Source of the DNA: Armatimonadota bacterium | GTDB lineage: Bacteria; Armatimonadota; UBA5829 | Direction of reading: 5' to 3' | DNA: 64,000 nucleotides | NCBI GenBank assembly: GCA_026392045.1 | Contig: JAPLCU010000009.1 | Coordinates: 247-64,246 of the forward strand | Part shown: positions 50,901-60,326 of the stretch, piece by piece | How positions within the stretch are numbered: position 1 is the first letter of the stretch | How the letters are laid out: every line of letters begins with the position of its first letter | The notes under the pieces: generated by a model | Told to the model about the DNA's origin: nothing | The model's input: the letters and a program-made list of their open reading frames with translations, nothing else | Databases searched by the model: none | Program-made: the position numbers and the translations under genes

Positions 50901-51124
50901 GACCCGAACCGGTAGCCTGGTTCTGCTCACACAGGCACAACGCAAATGGCCAAAACGAAGTCTACGCCTACTCGTACCTATTCAGATACTCCATTAGCGC
51001 ACCCAAAGGCGCAGCTAAACTCATGCTGCCTGACAACAACAAAATCAAGATATTGGCGATATCACTCGCGGACATCCCGACACCCGTATGCGCACCCGCC
51101 CAGCCGCTGATGGATACTCTGTAA
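47909..51124 (+). CDS. Alpha-mannosidase (GH38 family), secreted
   Basis: Signal peptide. N-terminal GYAHLDTQW and YMLPDCFGF blocks typical of GH38. 1071 aa. Confidence 0.75.
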   Translation: MTLIRFGLLGMAATFLVTMAIPGRCELKDNKPDSASPDLSKGATLYTVGYAHLDTQWRWDYPQVINSMIPATMHDNFRLIEAYPNYIFNFSGANRYRLMKEYYPADFEKVKAYVKAGRWFPCGSSMEESDVNVPSAESLIRQILYGNHYFRRELGKASIEYMLPDCFGFPASLPSILAHCGIKGFSTQKLTWGSAVGIPFKVGVWEGLDGSFVIAALDPGDYGGRIREDLSQNKNWLERINQNGKTSGVFADYRYYGTGDQGGAPTEDSVKWVEKSVSGIGPIKIISSSADQLFKDIKPSQIAGLPRYKGDLLLTQHSAGSLTSQAYMKKWNRHNEQLADGAEKTLIAASWLGGMIYPQKKLNDAWTLVMGGQFHDILPGTSIPKAYEYSWNDEILAMNQFSNVMEQAVGVIASAMDTRAKGTPIVIYNPLNVAREDLVEATVPLTAKSARVIGPDGKETPSQIIDRTSDGVKVLFVAKAPSVGFAVYDVQPSEITPKSGNLKVTESSLENARYKIKLNNAGDVSSIYDKLAKNELLSAPMCLAFQYENPREFPAWNMDWEDQSKPPHSYVDGKASIGILENGPVRVAVAVTREAEGSKFTQIVRLSAGSAGNRIEFSDQIDWRSRECCLKAVFPLTVSNPLATYSWETCSVQRGNNDPAKYEVPSHQWFDLTDKEGAYGVSALSDCKYGSDKPDDSTLRLTLLHTPGTRGGYHDQASQDWGKHKINYGLAGHSGDWREGQTDWQALRMQQPLIAFETIKHEGKLGKKFAILKLSDPRIRVLAVKKAEDTDEVILRMVEMDGKKAKSVKISFAAPITTAREVNGQEQPIGLISVKDSALDINFTPYQIRTFALKLGEAPTNMLLPKSTPVTLKYDIQLTSKDGEKSNGGFDKDKRCIPAEMLPSEITESGITFKLGPNDQPNGVTCSGQTITLPKAKSNRVYILAASSPEDQKAIFTLDGEPIELNIQDWGGYIGQWDLRTWKPGTDECNGIIPGYIRPEPVAWFCSHRHNANGQNEVYAYSYLFRYSISAPKGAAKLMLPDNNKIKILAISLADIPTPVCAPAQPLMDTL

Positions 51125-51164
51125 ACGCAAAATGCCCCTCCGGATAATTCAGCATTCATAATTA

Positions 51165-52014
51165 TTATCTCGCCGCTTTAGTCGCCATTTCAGCAATGCG
51201 CACGGCCTCTATGGCATCGTCTATGCCTATTCGCATCTTGTGACCCGGGTTATCAATGGCCTCGATCATATCATTCATCACCATCTGAATACTCTCAGCA
51301 TATACCTGCAGCTTGGGCTCATCCAACTCGATAACTGTGTTCAGTTCGTATTCCACATCATAAAAATACTCAGAGGAATGCGCCATCTGCTCTGGTATCG
51401 GGTCGACCACAACAGCGTTATCCCCAAGCAGTTCCTCGAGCTTTTCGAGGCCCTTTTCATCCGTCCAACCCCAAATTCCAAGCTCAAGAGGAATCCAGCC
51501 AATCATCTCAATCTCGCCAAGGTCGAATGCGAAATGAAAAGTGGTCGTTTCAAGCTCTCTGGGTCTGGAAATCGAATGCCAGATAGTGCCAATTACGCCG
51601 TTTTCGTATTTCACTGAGGCGAAGACTTTGTCTTCCATCCGCCACGCGCTTGATCTCCTCGGCATCTTTCATAGAGAGCGCGAGGGGTTTTTCGATAAGC
51701 GCATGCTTGCCTGCCCGCAAAGTTTGAATAGCAATTTCCTTATGCGAGGAAGGGGGGGTTGCAATAGAAACTATGTCCACATTCGCATCCGCCAGCATTT
51801 CATCTATATTCGTGTAAAACGCAATCCCATCGCCGGGGTTGCGTGAAGAGTCCGCGTCACAAATAGCCGCCACGCGGGCGTTGTCCATCCCATCCCATGC
51901 TTGCCGTATGAACTCGCCAAACCCGCCGTAACCTATTATACCAATCCCTTTTTTGCCTGTCTTATCCGCCATATACATACCTCCTGCGCAAGCCGCTATA
52001 TGCCTATACCCCAT
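51165..52014 (-). pseudogene. Gfo/Idh/MocA-family oxidoreductase, frameshifted and probably internally truncated
   Basis: N-terminal NAD-binding Rossmann part (GIGIIGYGGFGEF...AGKHALIEKPLAL) in frame A (51550..52014). C-terminal alpha/beta domain in frame B (51165..51665). The junction is near a G/T homopolymer run at about 51690. Confidence 0.5.
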
Positions 52015-52055
52015 AAGCGGTCAGATTTCCTTCACTTTTTTGATGAAGTAGCAGA

Positions 52056-52901
52056 TTATACTTGAATTACCCTTCCCGCCACAACCTCAGCAAAGCGATT
52101 TATAAACCCCTTTACATATTCGCCAATGTCCAGCAAATCGTCCTGGATTAGCGGGGTGAGGTCCATCGCAAAGGTGACGGCGGTGGAAGTGTCTGTGTCG
52201 TGCGAAGCCAGATATGTGGCGTTGGCGCGTTGGCGGCCGATGGTGGCGAGGTCGTATCGCTTGCCGCCGCAGATTTGAGAATCAAACACGCCAAGCAGCG
52301 CCTCGGCGAGATTTTCGTGGGCAGACACATCCAGAACCACTTTGTCCTCATCAATAAGCCAATCCAGCCCACGCCAAACCTCGCAGCCGTAAATGTGCTT
52401 TGGGCGAAGCTCTATGGGAAGCTGGCGAATCGCTTGAATGACTCGCAGGGCGACTGCCACATGCGTATCGTGCTTATCAGCCAGATTATGTGTGTATACA
52501 ATCTCAGGCAGAGCTGCCTTTAGTAGATTTTCTATATCAGAAATCACATTCGGGTTGGAGGGGTCTTTGACCTCTGCACTGGAATAGTCCAGCAGAGCCA
52601 GAGCGCAATACTCGCCCATCGCCGCTGCTTTCTTCTGCTCAATCCGCCGCACCTCGCGCATTTGTTCATCTGAATAGCTGGCGTAAATGCCGCTCCGAGG
52701 GCTCCCAGCGCCGTCCGTGACCACAACCCCCATAAATCCCCTGTCAGCTCGCCCAAAGCACTCGGCGATGCCGTGGTAGGCCATAATCTCGATATCATCA
52801 TGGTGCGCGCCAATCGCTATATGGCTCGTGCGGGCAATAGCCTCACTCTCAGGCAAATCATCCGGCACATATATCTCAGAGCTATTCTTATGCAAATCCA
52901 T
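52056..52901 (-). CDS. PIG-L/LmbE-family N-acetylglucosaminyl deacetylase
   Basis: AIGAHHDDIEIM (HxDD) motif and a downstream HxxH region. Confidence 0.7.
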   Translation of the reverse strand: MDLHKNSSEIYVPDDLPESEAIARTSHIAIGAHHDDIEIMAYHGIAECFGRADRGFMGVVVTDGAGSPRSGIYASYSDEQMREVRRIEQKKAAAMGEYCALALLDYSSAEVKDPSNPNVISDIENLLKAALPEIVYTHNLADKHDTHVAVALRVIQAIRQLPIELRPKHIYGCEVWRGLDWLIDEDKVVLDVSAHENLAEALLGVFDSQICGGKRYDLATIGRQRANATYLASHDTDTSTAVTFAMDLTPLIQDDLLDIGEYVKGFINRFAEVVAGRVIQV

Positions 52902-53181
52902 ATCATCCCTCCACGAGTAATCATAGGAATGAGGCGGGGAATTGTCAAGATTCTGAATTATGAATTATGAATAAACGGACACTAATTAATTTAGCCGAAA
53001 AATTCCACCGCACATCAGTTTGCGGATCAGATATCCGCGATACAGCATCCGGCAACGGATTTGCCGGACGATCAGATAGCTGGACAATAATAAATTTTCG
53101 GGTTTTCGGCATTTCGGGTTTTCGCGATAAATTTCATTCAAAATGTGCTAAAGTATACAATAGACGAGAAAGGGCATTGCG

Positions 53182-54921
53182 ATGGACGGCAAAACAGCAC
53201 GCGAGCGAGCAGACGATTTTCTGAAAATATCGGGCCAGTTCCGCTTGGGTGAACTGGTGACGGAAGCCTCTCACCCCGTCACGGCGAATCTCAGCGAGGT
53301 TGCAAAGAACGACATACCAGCCGCGCTCGACCTGATTTTTGAAGTCGATGGCGATGTTGTAGCCAAATACCGCGAGTTCGCACAAACAGGCCGATTCGAA
53401 GAAATTGCGGGTATAGTGCGAGATGCACTCCTGTCCGGCGGGAGAATCTTCTTCACCGGCTGCGGCGCCACCGGCAGGCTGAGCATTTTGCTCGATTCCA
53501 TCTGGCGTGATTATTGGCAGCGCACCGCTCCATCAGCCGTAGACTGGGAAAACCGCACAGTCAGCATTATGGCAGGGGGAGATTTCGCGCTGATTAAGAG
53601 CGTAGAAGGCTTTGAGGACATCACCGCGTTTGGCCGCCGTCAAATAGCCGAGCAGGGAGTATGTGAGGGAGATATCGTCTTTGCAATCACAGAGGGTGGC
53701 GAGACCTCATGGGTAATCGGAACCGCCTGTGAAGCGCTCGAGCACGGCGCGAAGGTCTATTTCGTCTATAATAACCCAGACGAAATTCTCCGCGAACATG
53801 TCCAGCGCTCCCATGAGGTCATAGACGAACCCCGCATCAAGAAAATCAATCTCACAACCGGCCCCATGGCCATCACCGGCTCCACCCGAATGCAAGCCAC
53901 CAGCATTCAACTATGCGTGATGCTCACCATAATGGAAATGGCTTTGCGGGCCTTAGGGAATAGGGAACAGGGAATAGGGAATAGAAGGGATTTGCCAGAG
54001 CAATTACTGAAAAACCTTGAGGAAATGCACGCAACTTTGCGCTCTGAAACTGTGCGAAGTCAACTCGCTAAACTGGTCGAGCTTGAAGAATCTATTTATC
54101 GGCAAGGTGGTAGAGTCAATTACTTCGCCGATTCGTTGGCTATCGACGTATTGACCGACACCACCGAGCGCTCGCCAACGTTCTGCACCCCACCATTCCG
54201 AAGAAATGGCGACACGCAGGCTTCAGAATCCTGGGCGTTTCTCTTCCTGCCGCACGAAAACACCCAAACCGCCTGGGAGAAAATGCTAAAGCGCAAGCCC
54301 AGGGCTATCGAGTGGGACAGTGAAATCATAAAGCGAATATCGCTTAAGGAGATATATCGGTTCAATATAGGCCTGAATGGGCTCGAAAATCGGCCATTCA
54401 GGCCAGGGGATGGGGCTATCGGGATTATTCACCCCAGCGATGCTGCCCGTGAAACTCTACTCGCCAATCTGCGGCAGGCCGCAGCTTCAGGAGCCAAAAC
54501 CGGCCTGATTTTCTTTGATACACTCAACCAAGAGACCAGAGTCGACGAAGCGTTGTATGTCCCCATGCCGGAAGACAGCTCATTGCTCGGCTTTACCACA
54601 CGCATAGCAGCAAAAATGCTCCTGAACGCCCTCTCCACCTGCATCATGGTGCGCCTCGGCAGGGTTATGGGCAACTATATGATCTATGTAGTCCCATCCA
54701 ATCTCAAGCTCATCGACCGCGCCGCCCGCTACATTTCCAAGCTCGCCGATCTGCCCTATGAAGATGCCTGCCGCTTGCTTTTCGAGGTGATAGAATATGT
54801 AGAACTGCGGATGAAGACAGATCAAGCCTATCCGCCGGTGGTAAAAATGGCAGTCATCAGGGCAAAACTCGGCCTCAGTAACGAGGAAGCCGAAGCATGT
54901 CGAGGGAGAGTGGAGAGCTGA
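53182..54921 (+). CDS. Double-SIS-domain protein, MurQ etherase / GKRP-like
   Basis: N-terminal block GGRIFFTGCGATGRLSILLDS resembles the MurQ/GckR SIS domain. 579 aa is consistent with the two-SIS GKRP-like architecture. Confidence 0.5.
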   Translation: MDGKTARERADDFLKISGQFRLGELVTEASHPVTANLSEVAKNDIPAALDLIFEVDGDVVAKYREFAQTGRFEEIAGIVRDALLSGGRIFFTGCGATGRLSILLDSIWRDYWQRTAPSAVDWENRTVSIMAGGDFALIKSVEGFEDITAFGRRQIAEQGVCEGDIVFAITEGGETSWVIGTACEALEHGAKVYFVYNNPDEILREHVQRSHEVIDEPRIKKINLTTGPMAITGSTRMQATSIQLCVMLTIMEMALRALGNREQGIGNRRDLPEQLLKNLEEMHATLRSETVRSQLAKLVELEESIYRQGGRVNYFADSLAIDVLTDTTERSPTFCTPPFRRNGDTQASESWAFLFLPHENTQTAWEKMLKRKPRAIEWDSEIIKRISLKEIYRFNIGLNGLENRPFRPGDGAIGIIHPSDAARETLLANLRQAAASGAKTGLIFFDTLNQETRVDEALYVPMPEDSSLLGFTTRIAAKMLLNALSTCIMVRLGRVMGNYMIYVVPSNLKLIDRAARYISKLADLPYEDACRLLFEVIEYVELRMKTDQAYPPVVKMAVIRAKLGLSNEEAEACRGRVES

Positions 54922-55130
54922 GAGTGGAGAGTGGAGAGCACGGAAGGGAAGTAGGGAAGGGAGATTCCCTTCTATTCCCTGTTCCCTGTAACCTATTCCC
55001 TTGTAGTTAAGCTTGCGTTTCGGTCGCAAAAACAGTAAAATTACACCTACCTGGAATAAGCTGGTGCAAGATTAAGCTCGCACCTGCGTCTTGCCCTAAT
55101 TACCAACGCAATTTCACCAGACAGATAAGG

Positions 55131-56750
55131 ATGTGGCCTATGAAGCAATCAATCGCAGCTTCAATAATACTCCTTTTGACAGTTGTTCTCATCACGGGCG
55201 CTCATGCTGAACTGGTTCCCGTGCGAATTTTGATTGGCACACGAGAGGCTATCGCAGCCCCATCAGCCGTATTCGATGGCAATCGGGTGCTGGGATCTGT
55301 TAATATTTTAGAATCGCTCGGCGCGACGCATGACTCAGAGATTGGCGGCAAGATGAGCATCACCAATGCCCTCGGCCGCACATCGGACATCGAAACCGTC
55401 CGTATAAAGGGAAGCACGATGCTTCCGATGAACAAGGTCGCCGAGGCAATCGGCCTGGATTACGCGTGGAATGCTGAAAATCGCACTCTTACTTTAACCG
55501 CGCGGCTGGAATCAGTCGAGTTCGCAGACGGCGTCCTCAAAATCAACTGCACAATACCCGTGAGCTGCAAGGTAAATCACTGGAGCGCGAATAATAAGCT
55601 CATAATAGACATCGGTTCCACCAAGATAGCCACGCCTGCAAATGAGGTTTTTATCGGTTCATCTCTGATTTCCCGCGCCAGGCTCGGGCAGTCTGATGAC
55701 ACAACCGCGCGGGTGGTTTTGGACCTCGAAAAAGACGTTTCCTATAAAGTGAACAGCGCCCCGCTGGATGCAAAGATCGACATTTCCGTCTCTGATAAGA
55801 CCGAGGGCGCTGCCGCTATTCCTCCGGCAATCGGGATTTCGAAGCCATTCACGGTTTCAGACATAAAAATCGAACAATTAGACGATATGCGCTTCCAAAT
55901 AGTGATGTCCACATCAAACAAGGGTTCGTTAAATGCGGCATACGCAGTCAAACCCGCGAAAATAGTTTTGAAGCTGCCGGCGTGCAGCCTTGCGGATACG
56001 GCGAAATCCTACAGCGGCTCCCACCCGTTGCTTTCAGATATGAAAATCACGCAGGACCCGGCAAGCCGCGTTACCAGGCTGGAACTTTCGCTAAAACGCA
56101 CGATGATCTGCGACACATCCATCGACGAAAACTCGATCACAGCGCTGGTCAGGCCTCCCGATAAGAGCGGCGGCGCCCTTGCGGAGAAGCTAATAGTAAT
56201 CGACCCCGGTCACGGCGGAATCCAACCCGGAGCAAAAAGCGGCAGCATCCTGGAAAAGGACATCAACCTGGCCATAGCCCGGGAGGTAGCCGACTCGCTA
56301 CAAAAGCTCGGAGCGAAGGTGATTCTCACTAGATCGACCGATCAAGCCGTAGGTCTCCCCGAACGTCCGGGTGCTGCGGTTGACTCAGGCGCTGACATCT
56401 TTATCAGCATTCACTGCAACTCAAACGGCACGCGTAACAACTTGACCGGCATCGAAACCTATTATCACATGCTTGAACCAAGCTCCAGATTGCTGGCGGA
56501 GGCTGTGCATGACAACGTCTGCACAATTACAGGCATGTGTGATCGCAGCGCGCGCTCAGACGGGCGGCTTTACGCAGGCGGGCTGGCAGTTTTACGCAGG
56601 CTAGAAGGCACCGGCATCCCCGGTTTCCTCGTAGAATGCGGGTATCTCAACAACGCTTCAGATTGCTCAAAGCTATGCAGCGCCGACTACCGCAAGAAAG
56701 TGGCCCAGGGGATAATCAAGGGCGTGAGGGAATACATTGAGGGAAATTAG
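55131..56750 (+). CDS. N-acetylmuramoyl-L-alanine amidase (Amidase_3, AmiC-like) with N-terminal targeting domains
   Basis: C-terminal VIDPGHGG...ISIHCNS...ETYY Amidase_3 blocks. Signal peptide. Confidence 0.8.
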   Translation: MWPMKQSIAASIILLLTVVLITGAHAELVPVRILIGTREAIAAPSAVFDGNRVLGSVNILESLGATHDSEIGGKMSITNALGRTSDIETVRIKGSTMLPMNKVAEAIGLDYAWNAENRTLTLTARLESVEFADGVLKINCTIPVSCKVNHWSANNKLIIDIGSTKIATPANEVFIGSSLISRARLGQSDDTTARVVLDLEKDVSYKVNSAPLDAKIDISVSDKTEGAAAIPPAIGISKPFTVSDIKIEQLDDMRFQIVMSTSNKGSLNAAYAVKPAKIVLKLPACSLADTAKSYSGSHPLLSDMKITQDPASRVTRLELSLKRTMICDTSIDENSITALVRPPDKSGGALAEKLIVIDPGHGGIQPGAKSGSILEKDINLAIAREVADSLQKLGAKVILTRSTDQAVGLPERPGAAVDSGADIFISIHCNSNGTRNNLTGIETYYHMLEPSSRLLAEAVHDNVCTITGMCDRSARSDGRLYAGGLAVLRRLEGTGIPGFLVECGYLNNASDCSKLCSADYRKKVAQGIIKGVREYIEGN

Positions 56751-57000
56751 CCAAACAGTTATGAGTTATGAGTTATGAATTATGAATTATGAATGCTGAA
56801 TTATGAATTATGAATGAGGGAAGGGAAACGCTTCGCGAATTATGAATGCTGAATTATGAATTATGAATGGGAGAGCGAAGATAGTTCTGAGTTTTGAGTT
56901 CTGAGTTTTGAGTTGGGGAAGGGAAACGCTTCGCGAATTATGAATGCTGAATTATGAATTATGAATTGGGGAAGGAACCTCTGCTTTCCGCTATTACGGA
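56751..57000. repeat. Complex tandem repeat: AGTTATGA/AATTATGA/AGTTTTGA octamers plus two copies of a 52-bp GGGAAGGGAAACGCTTCGCG-containing unit
   Basis: agttatgagttatgagttatgaattatgaattatgaatgctgaattatgaattatgaatg ... The unit gggaagggaaacgcttcgcgaattatgaatgctgaattatgaattatgaat occurs at about 56818-56870 and about 56915-56968. Confidence 0.75.
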
Positions 57001-57008
57001 GTGACATC

Positions 57009-57623
57009 ATGGCAAAAAAGAAATCTAAGAAATCAATGGGCATCGGTTCGCTATTTCTGATAGCGCTGCTGGTATTCGCTGCATTCGGGACGGGAGCGTA
57101 TCTTTACAACACCAAGTTCCGCGGGGTATCGGGTACGCCCGAATTGACCAGGCCACAGAACCAAGCGCCCCTGGTAGACGTAAACGAAGAGAAAAAGGTC
57201 ACTATCTTTGTGCCCGAAGTAACATCAAAGGAGTTTTACCTGAAGCCAATGACTAGAACTGGCGAGGCCAAAGGTGATATACTTGATGTTGCCGTTGAAA
57301 CTCTCCTCGCCACAAACTTGGAAGAAGGAGAGATCGGCGCTTTGATCCCGAAAGGGACCCGTTTGCTCTCACCCGTCAAGGTTTCCAAAGGCATTGCCAC
57401 AGTTAACCTTAGCAAGGAATTTATAGATAATTTCTCGGGTGGCACCAACCAGGAGGCTCTTACGGTAAACTCCATCGCCCATACGGTCGTTAAGAATAGC
57501 GGTGGCAAGGTCAAAGGCGTGCAAATATTGGTAGAAGGGAAGACGGTTGAGACGTTGGGTGGAGACTCCGACCTTACCACACCCATCAATGTGGGTTCCA
57601 CCATGCTCAAACCGGGCAATTAG
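57009..57623 (+). CDS. GerMN-domain lipoprotein/membrane-anchored protein
   Basis: N-terminal basic region plus TM helix. The GerMN-like region resembles LDVAVETLLATNLEEGEIGALIPKGTRLLSPVKVSKGIATVNLSKEF. Confidence 0.5.
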   Translation: MAKKKSKKSMGIGSLFLIALLVFAAFGTGAYLYNTKFRGVSGTPELTRPQNQAPLVDVNEEKKVTIFVPEVTSKEFYLKPMTRTGEAKGDILDVAVETLLATNLEEGEIGALIPKGTRLLSPVKVSKGIATVNLSKEFIDNFSGGTNQEALTVNSIAHTVVKNSGGKVKGVQILVEGKTVETLGGDSDLTTPINVGSTMLKPGN

Positions 57624-57625
57624 AA

Positions 57626-58492
57626 TTGAGATCACCTATAGGCATTTTTGACTCAGGACTGGGCGGGCTTAGCGTTGCTGCGCGAGTCCTCAACACACTT
57701 CCAAACGAGCGCATCATCTACTTTGCCGACAATGCGCACGTCCCTTATGGCGAGAAACCGATGGATATTATCCGAGGTTACGCACTTGAAATTACGCAAT
57801 TTTTGATCAATAAAGGCGCCAAAGCCGTGGTAATGGCGTGTAACATGTCCAGCGCCAGCGCCCTGGAAACTGCCCAGAAACGCTTTCCCGAGGTCCCAAT
57901 TATAGGCATGATCGAACCCGGCGCAAGAGCCGCGCTGAGCGTCGCCAATGGAAAACCAATCGGCGTGCTCGCAACTACCGGCACCATCAACAACGGCGCC
58001 TACGCGAGAACCATCAATCATTTGGATGCCGCGTGCAAAGTGGTTGGGCAGGCTTGCCCGAAGTTTGTGCCTCTGGTAGAATCAGGCCAGGCCGAAAGTG
58101 AGGAGGCCAAGGCAGCAGCGCGCATGTATGTGGCCCCGCTTGCAAGCGAATATTGTTCCACCATCATCCTCGGCTGCACCCATTACCCTTTCTTAAAACG
58201 AGCGATAGAGGCCGCCGCCGGTTCGAGTATTGCAATAGTGGACCCCGCCGATGAAGTCACTCGCACGCTCGCGGCCATCCTTGCCAAACTCGGAAAGACT
58301 TCTGACGCCCTTGCATCGCCGCATGAGTTCTACACCAGCGGCGACACAGCTGGCTTCGCATCAATCGGCAGCGCATTTCTGGGCAGAAACATCGACGCAG
58401 TGCAGCATGCCGAATGGGGGATCGATTTAGGGGAGCTTTCAGCAGTCAGCTCTCAGCATTCAGCAGGTGGCTGCTGCGCCCAAAAATCATAG
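57626..58492 (+). CDS. murI: Glutamate racemase
   Basis: GIFDSGLGGLSV, ACNMSSA and GCTHYP blocks with the two catalytic Cys contexts. Confidence 0.85.
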   Translation: MRSPIGIFDSGLGGLSVAARVLNTLPNERIIYFADNAHVPYGEKPMDIIRGYALEITQFLINKGAKAVVMACNMSSASALETAQKRFPEVPIIGMIEPGARAALSVANGKPIGVLATTGTINNGAYARTINHLDAACKVVGQACPKFVPLVESGQAESEEAKAAARMYVAPLASEYCSTIILGCTHYPFLKRAIEAAAGSSIAIVDPADEVTRTLAAILAKLGKTSDALASPHEFYTSGDTAGFASIGSAFLGRNIDAVQHAEWGIDLGELSAVSSQHSAGGCCAQKS

Positions 58493-58495
58493 CTT

Positions 58496-59371
58496 ATGAC
58501 TGAAAACTACATCACAATAATTGGTATTCTAATAATTCTCGCCATCGGCGCGCTGTTCGTTCGGCTATACTTCCGAATGAAGACGCTCCGGGCGCAGGAT
58601 AAGCAGAATAGGTTCGCCATGTTCCTGGTACTGAGGGAATATGCGTATTGCGACACCAGCCTGGAGAAGATGCTCAAAATAATGGGCAATCTGGATTCTC
58701 CAATGAAGCCAGCTATCGAGGCGGCGTTAGCGGGCGATTTTGCCAAGGCGCAGAGTATTTTGGACGCTGCTGAGGGTGAGATAAATGTGCTGAGCTACCT
58801 CGTTCAAGCGAGAATCAGGCAGGCTGCGGGCGATATTGAGGGCGCCATAAAGGCCGCACTGAACATTCTACAACCGGATGAGGAATGCAGGTCAAAAATG
58901 GCGGCATGGTGCATTCTGCGGGAGCTGGGGCATATACCCAGCGAGCAGGAAGCAAACAAATTGCTGGGCGTGGTATGCGAGTTTACGCTTGGCAAAATGA
59001 TAGCATTGCTTGCGGGTTATGCGGACGGAGACGCGAGGCTGGCTACGAGCAAAGGCTTCGCAGTGGTGGGGGTAATGCAGCAGCATCCCAGCCTATGCGA
59101 TGCCGCAATGGGGCTCGTCAACTCAGCCAAACCGTTTGTCGAAAGTCTTCCAATCGCGGATTCGCATCCATTACCTGAGCCGGGCAGGTTCAGAATGTCA
59201 TTACTCACTCCCGCTGGGCTGCGAGCAATAGAAGTCGCCGAAGCAGAAGTAGTCCGGCCGGAGCACGAATACAACCAGGTCTGGAAGTCGATGCAAAGTC
59301 TTCTTACGAATTTCAGAATAGTGGGCGAGTCCATGGGCAAAACAATAGACGATCAAAGTCCCACATCTTAA
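58496..59371 (+). CDS. Hypothetical membrane-anchored protein
   Basis: Single N-terminal TM helix and good coding statistics. No domain recognised. Confidence 0.4.
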   Translation: MTENYITIIGILIILAIGALFVRLYFRMKTLRAQDKQNRFAMFLVLREYAYCDTSLEKMLKIMGNLDSPMKPAIEAALAGDFAKAQSILDAAEGEINVLSYLVQARIRQAAGDIEGAIKAALNILQPDEECRSKMAAWCILRELGHIPSEQEANKLLGVVCEFTLGKMIALLAGYADGDARLATSKGFAVVGVMQQHPSLCDAAMGLVNSAKPFVESLPIADSHPLPEPGRFRMSLLTPAGLRAIEVAEAEVVRPEHEYNQVWKSMQSLLTNFRIVGESMGKTIDDQSPTS

Positions 59372-59410
59372 AACTTATTACTTATCACTCACAACGCTAG
59401 GAGCAATAAC

Positions 59411-60136
59411 ATGATTCGTCTTGATGGCCGCGCATCAGATCAACTTAGACAGGTTACAATAACCCGACACTTCAACAAATACGCTGAAGGCAGTTGCCTC
59501 ATCGAAATGGGTGACACCAAAGTCATCTGCACGGCAACCATAGAAGATAAAGTGCCTCCGTTCCTCAAGAACTCAGGCCAGGGCTGGGTAACCGCTGAAT
59601 ACGGCATGCTGCCGCGCTCTTGCGATACCCGAACCCAGCGCGATACCACCAAGGGCCAGGTCAACGGCCGCAGCCAGGAAATTCAGCGGCTGGTAGGAAG
59701 ATCGATCAGATCGGTTGCAGACATGGGCGCTTGGGGCGAGCGGACAATCTGGCTCGACTGCGATGTAATTCAGGCAGACGGCGGCACTCGCACCGCCTCC
59801 ATCACCGGCGCTTTCATCGCGTTCCTGGATGCTTGCGCGCTGATGAAAAAAGACGGCATTGTGAAGAAGCTGCCCTACAAAGACCTTATGGCCGCGATCA
59901 GCGTAGGTGTGGTTATGAGCGAAGAGCTTTTGGACCTCAACTACAAAGAAGACTCAAACGCAGCCGTGGACATGAACGTAGTAATGACCGCAACAGGCAG
60001 AATCATAGAGGTTCAATCCACCGCCGAGGGAGCGCCGTTCACCCGCAATCGATTCAATAACCTGATGGACCTCGCTCAAAAAGGCACCGGCGAGCTCACA
60101 AAGCTTGTCAAGGAAACAATGAAAGACGTTCTTTAG
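59411..60136 (+). CDS. rph: Ribonuclease PH
   Basis: RNase PH blocks RxDGRxxDQLR and VDCDVIQADGGTRTASITGA. Confidence 0.9.
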   Translation: MIRLDGRASDQLRQVTITRHFNKYAEGSCLIEMGDTKVICTATIEDKVPPFLKNSGQGWVTAEYGMLPRSCDTRTQRDTTKGQVNGRSQEIQRLVGRSIRSVADMGAWGERTIWLDCDVIQADGGTRTASITGAFIAFLDACALMKKDGIVKKLPYKDLMAAISVGVVMSEELLDLNYKEDSNAAVDMNVVMTATGRIIEVQSTAEGAPFTRNRFNNLMDLAQKGTGELTKLVKETMKDVL

Positions 60137-60326
60137 GCATCTCGAATGCGCTCGAAATACAATCACGGAAACACGGAATCAAGGAAATACAGAAGGAACG
60201 CGCAGTTCGGCGCTGTGGCATGAAGGTTTTGTTGATCAGATAATCATCTCCAAATCTTCATCCGTGATTCCCAATTTCCGTGCTTCTGTGATGAATATTG
60301 TATGCCTCGGGTATCCTGTTAATCCT

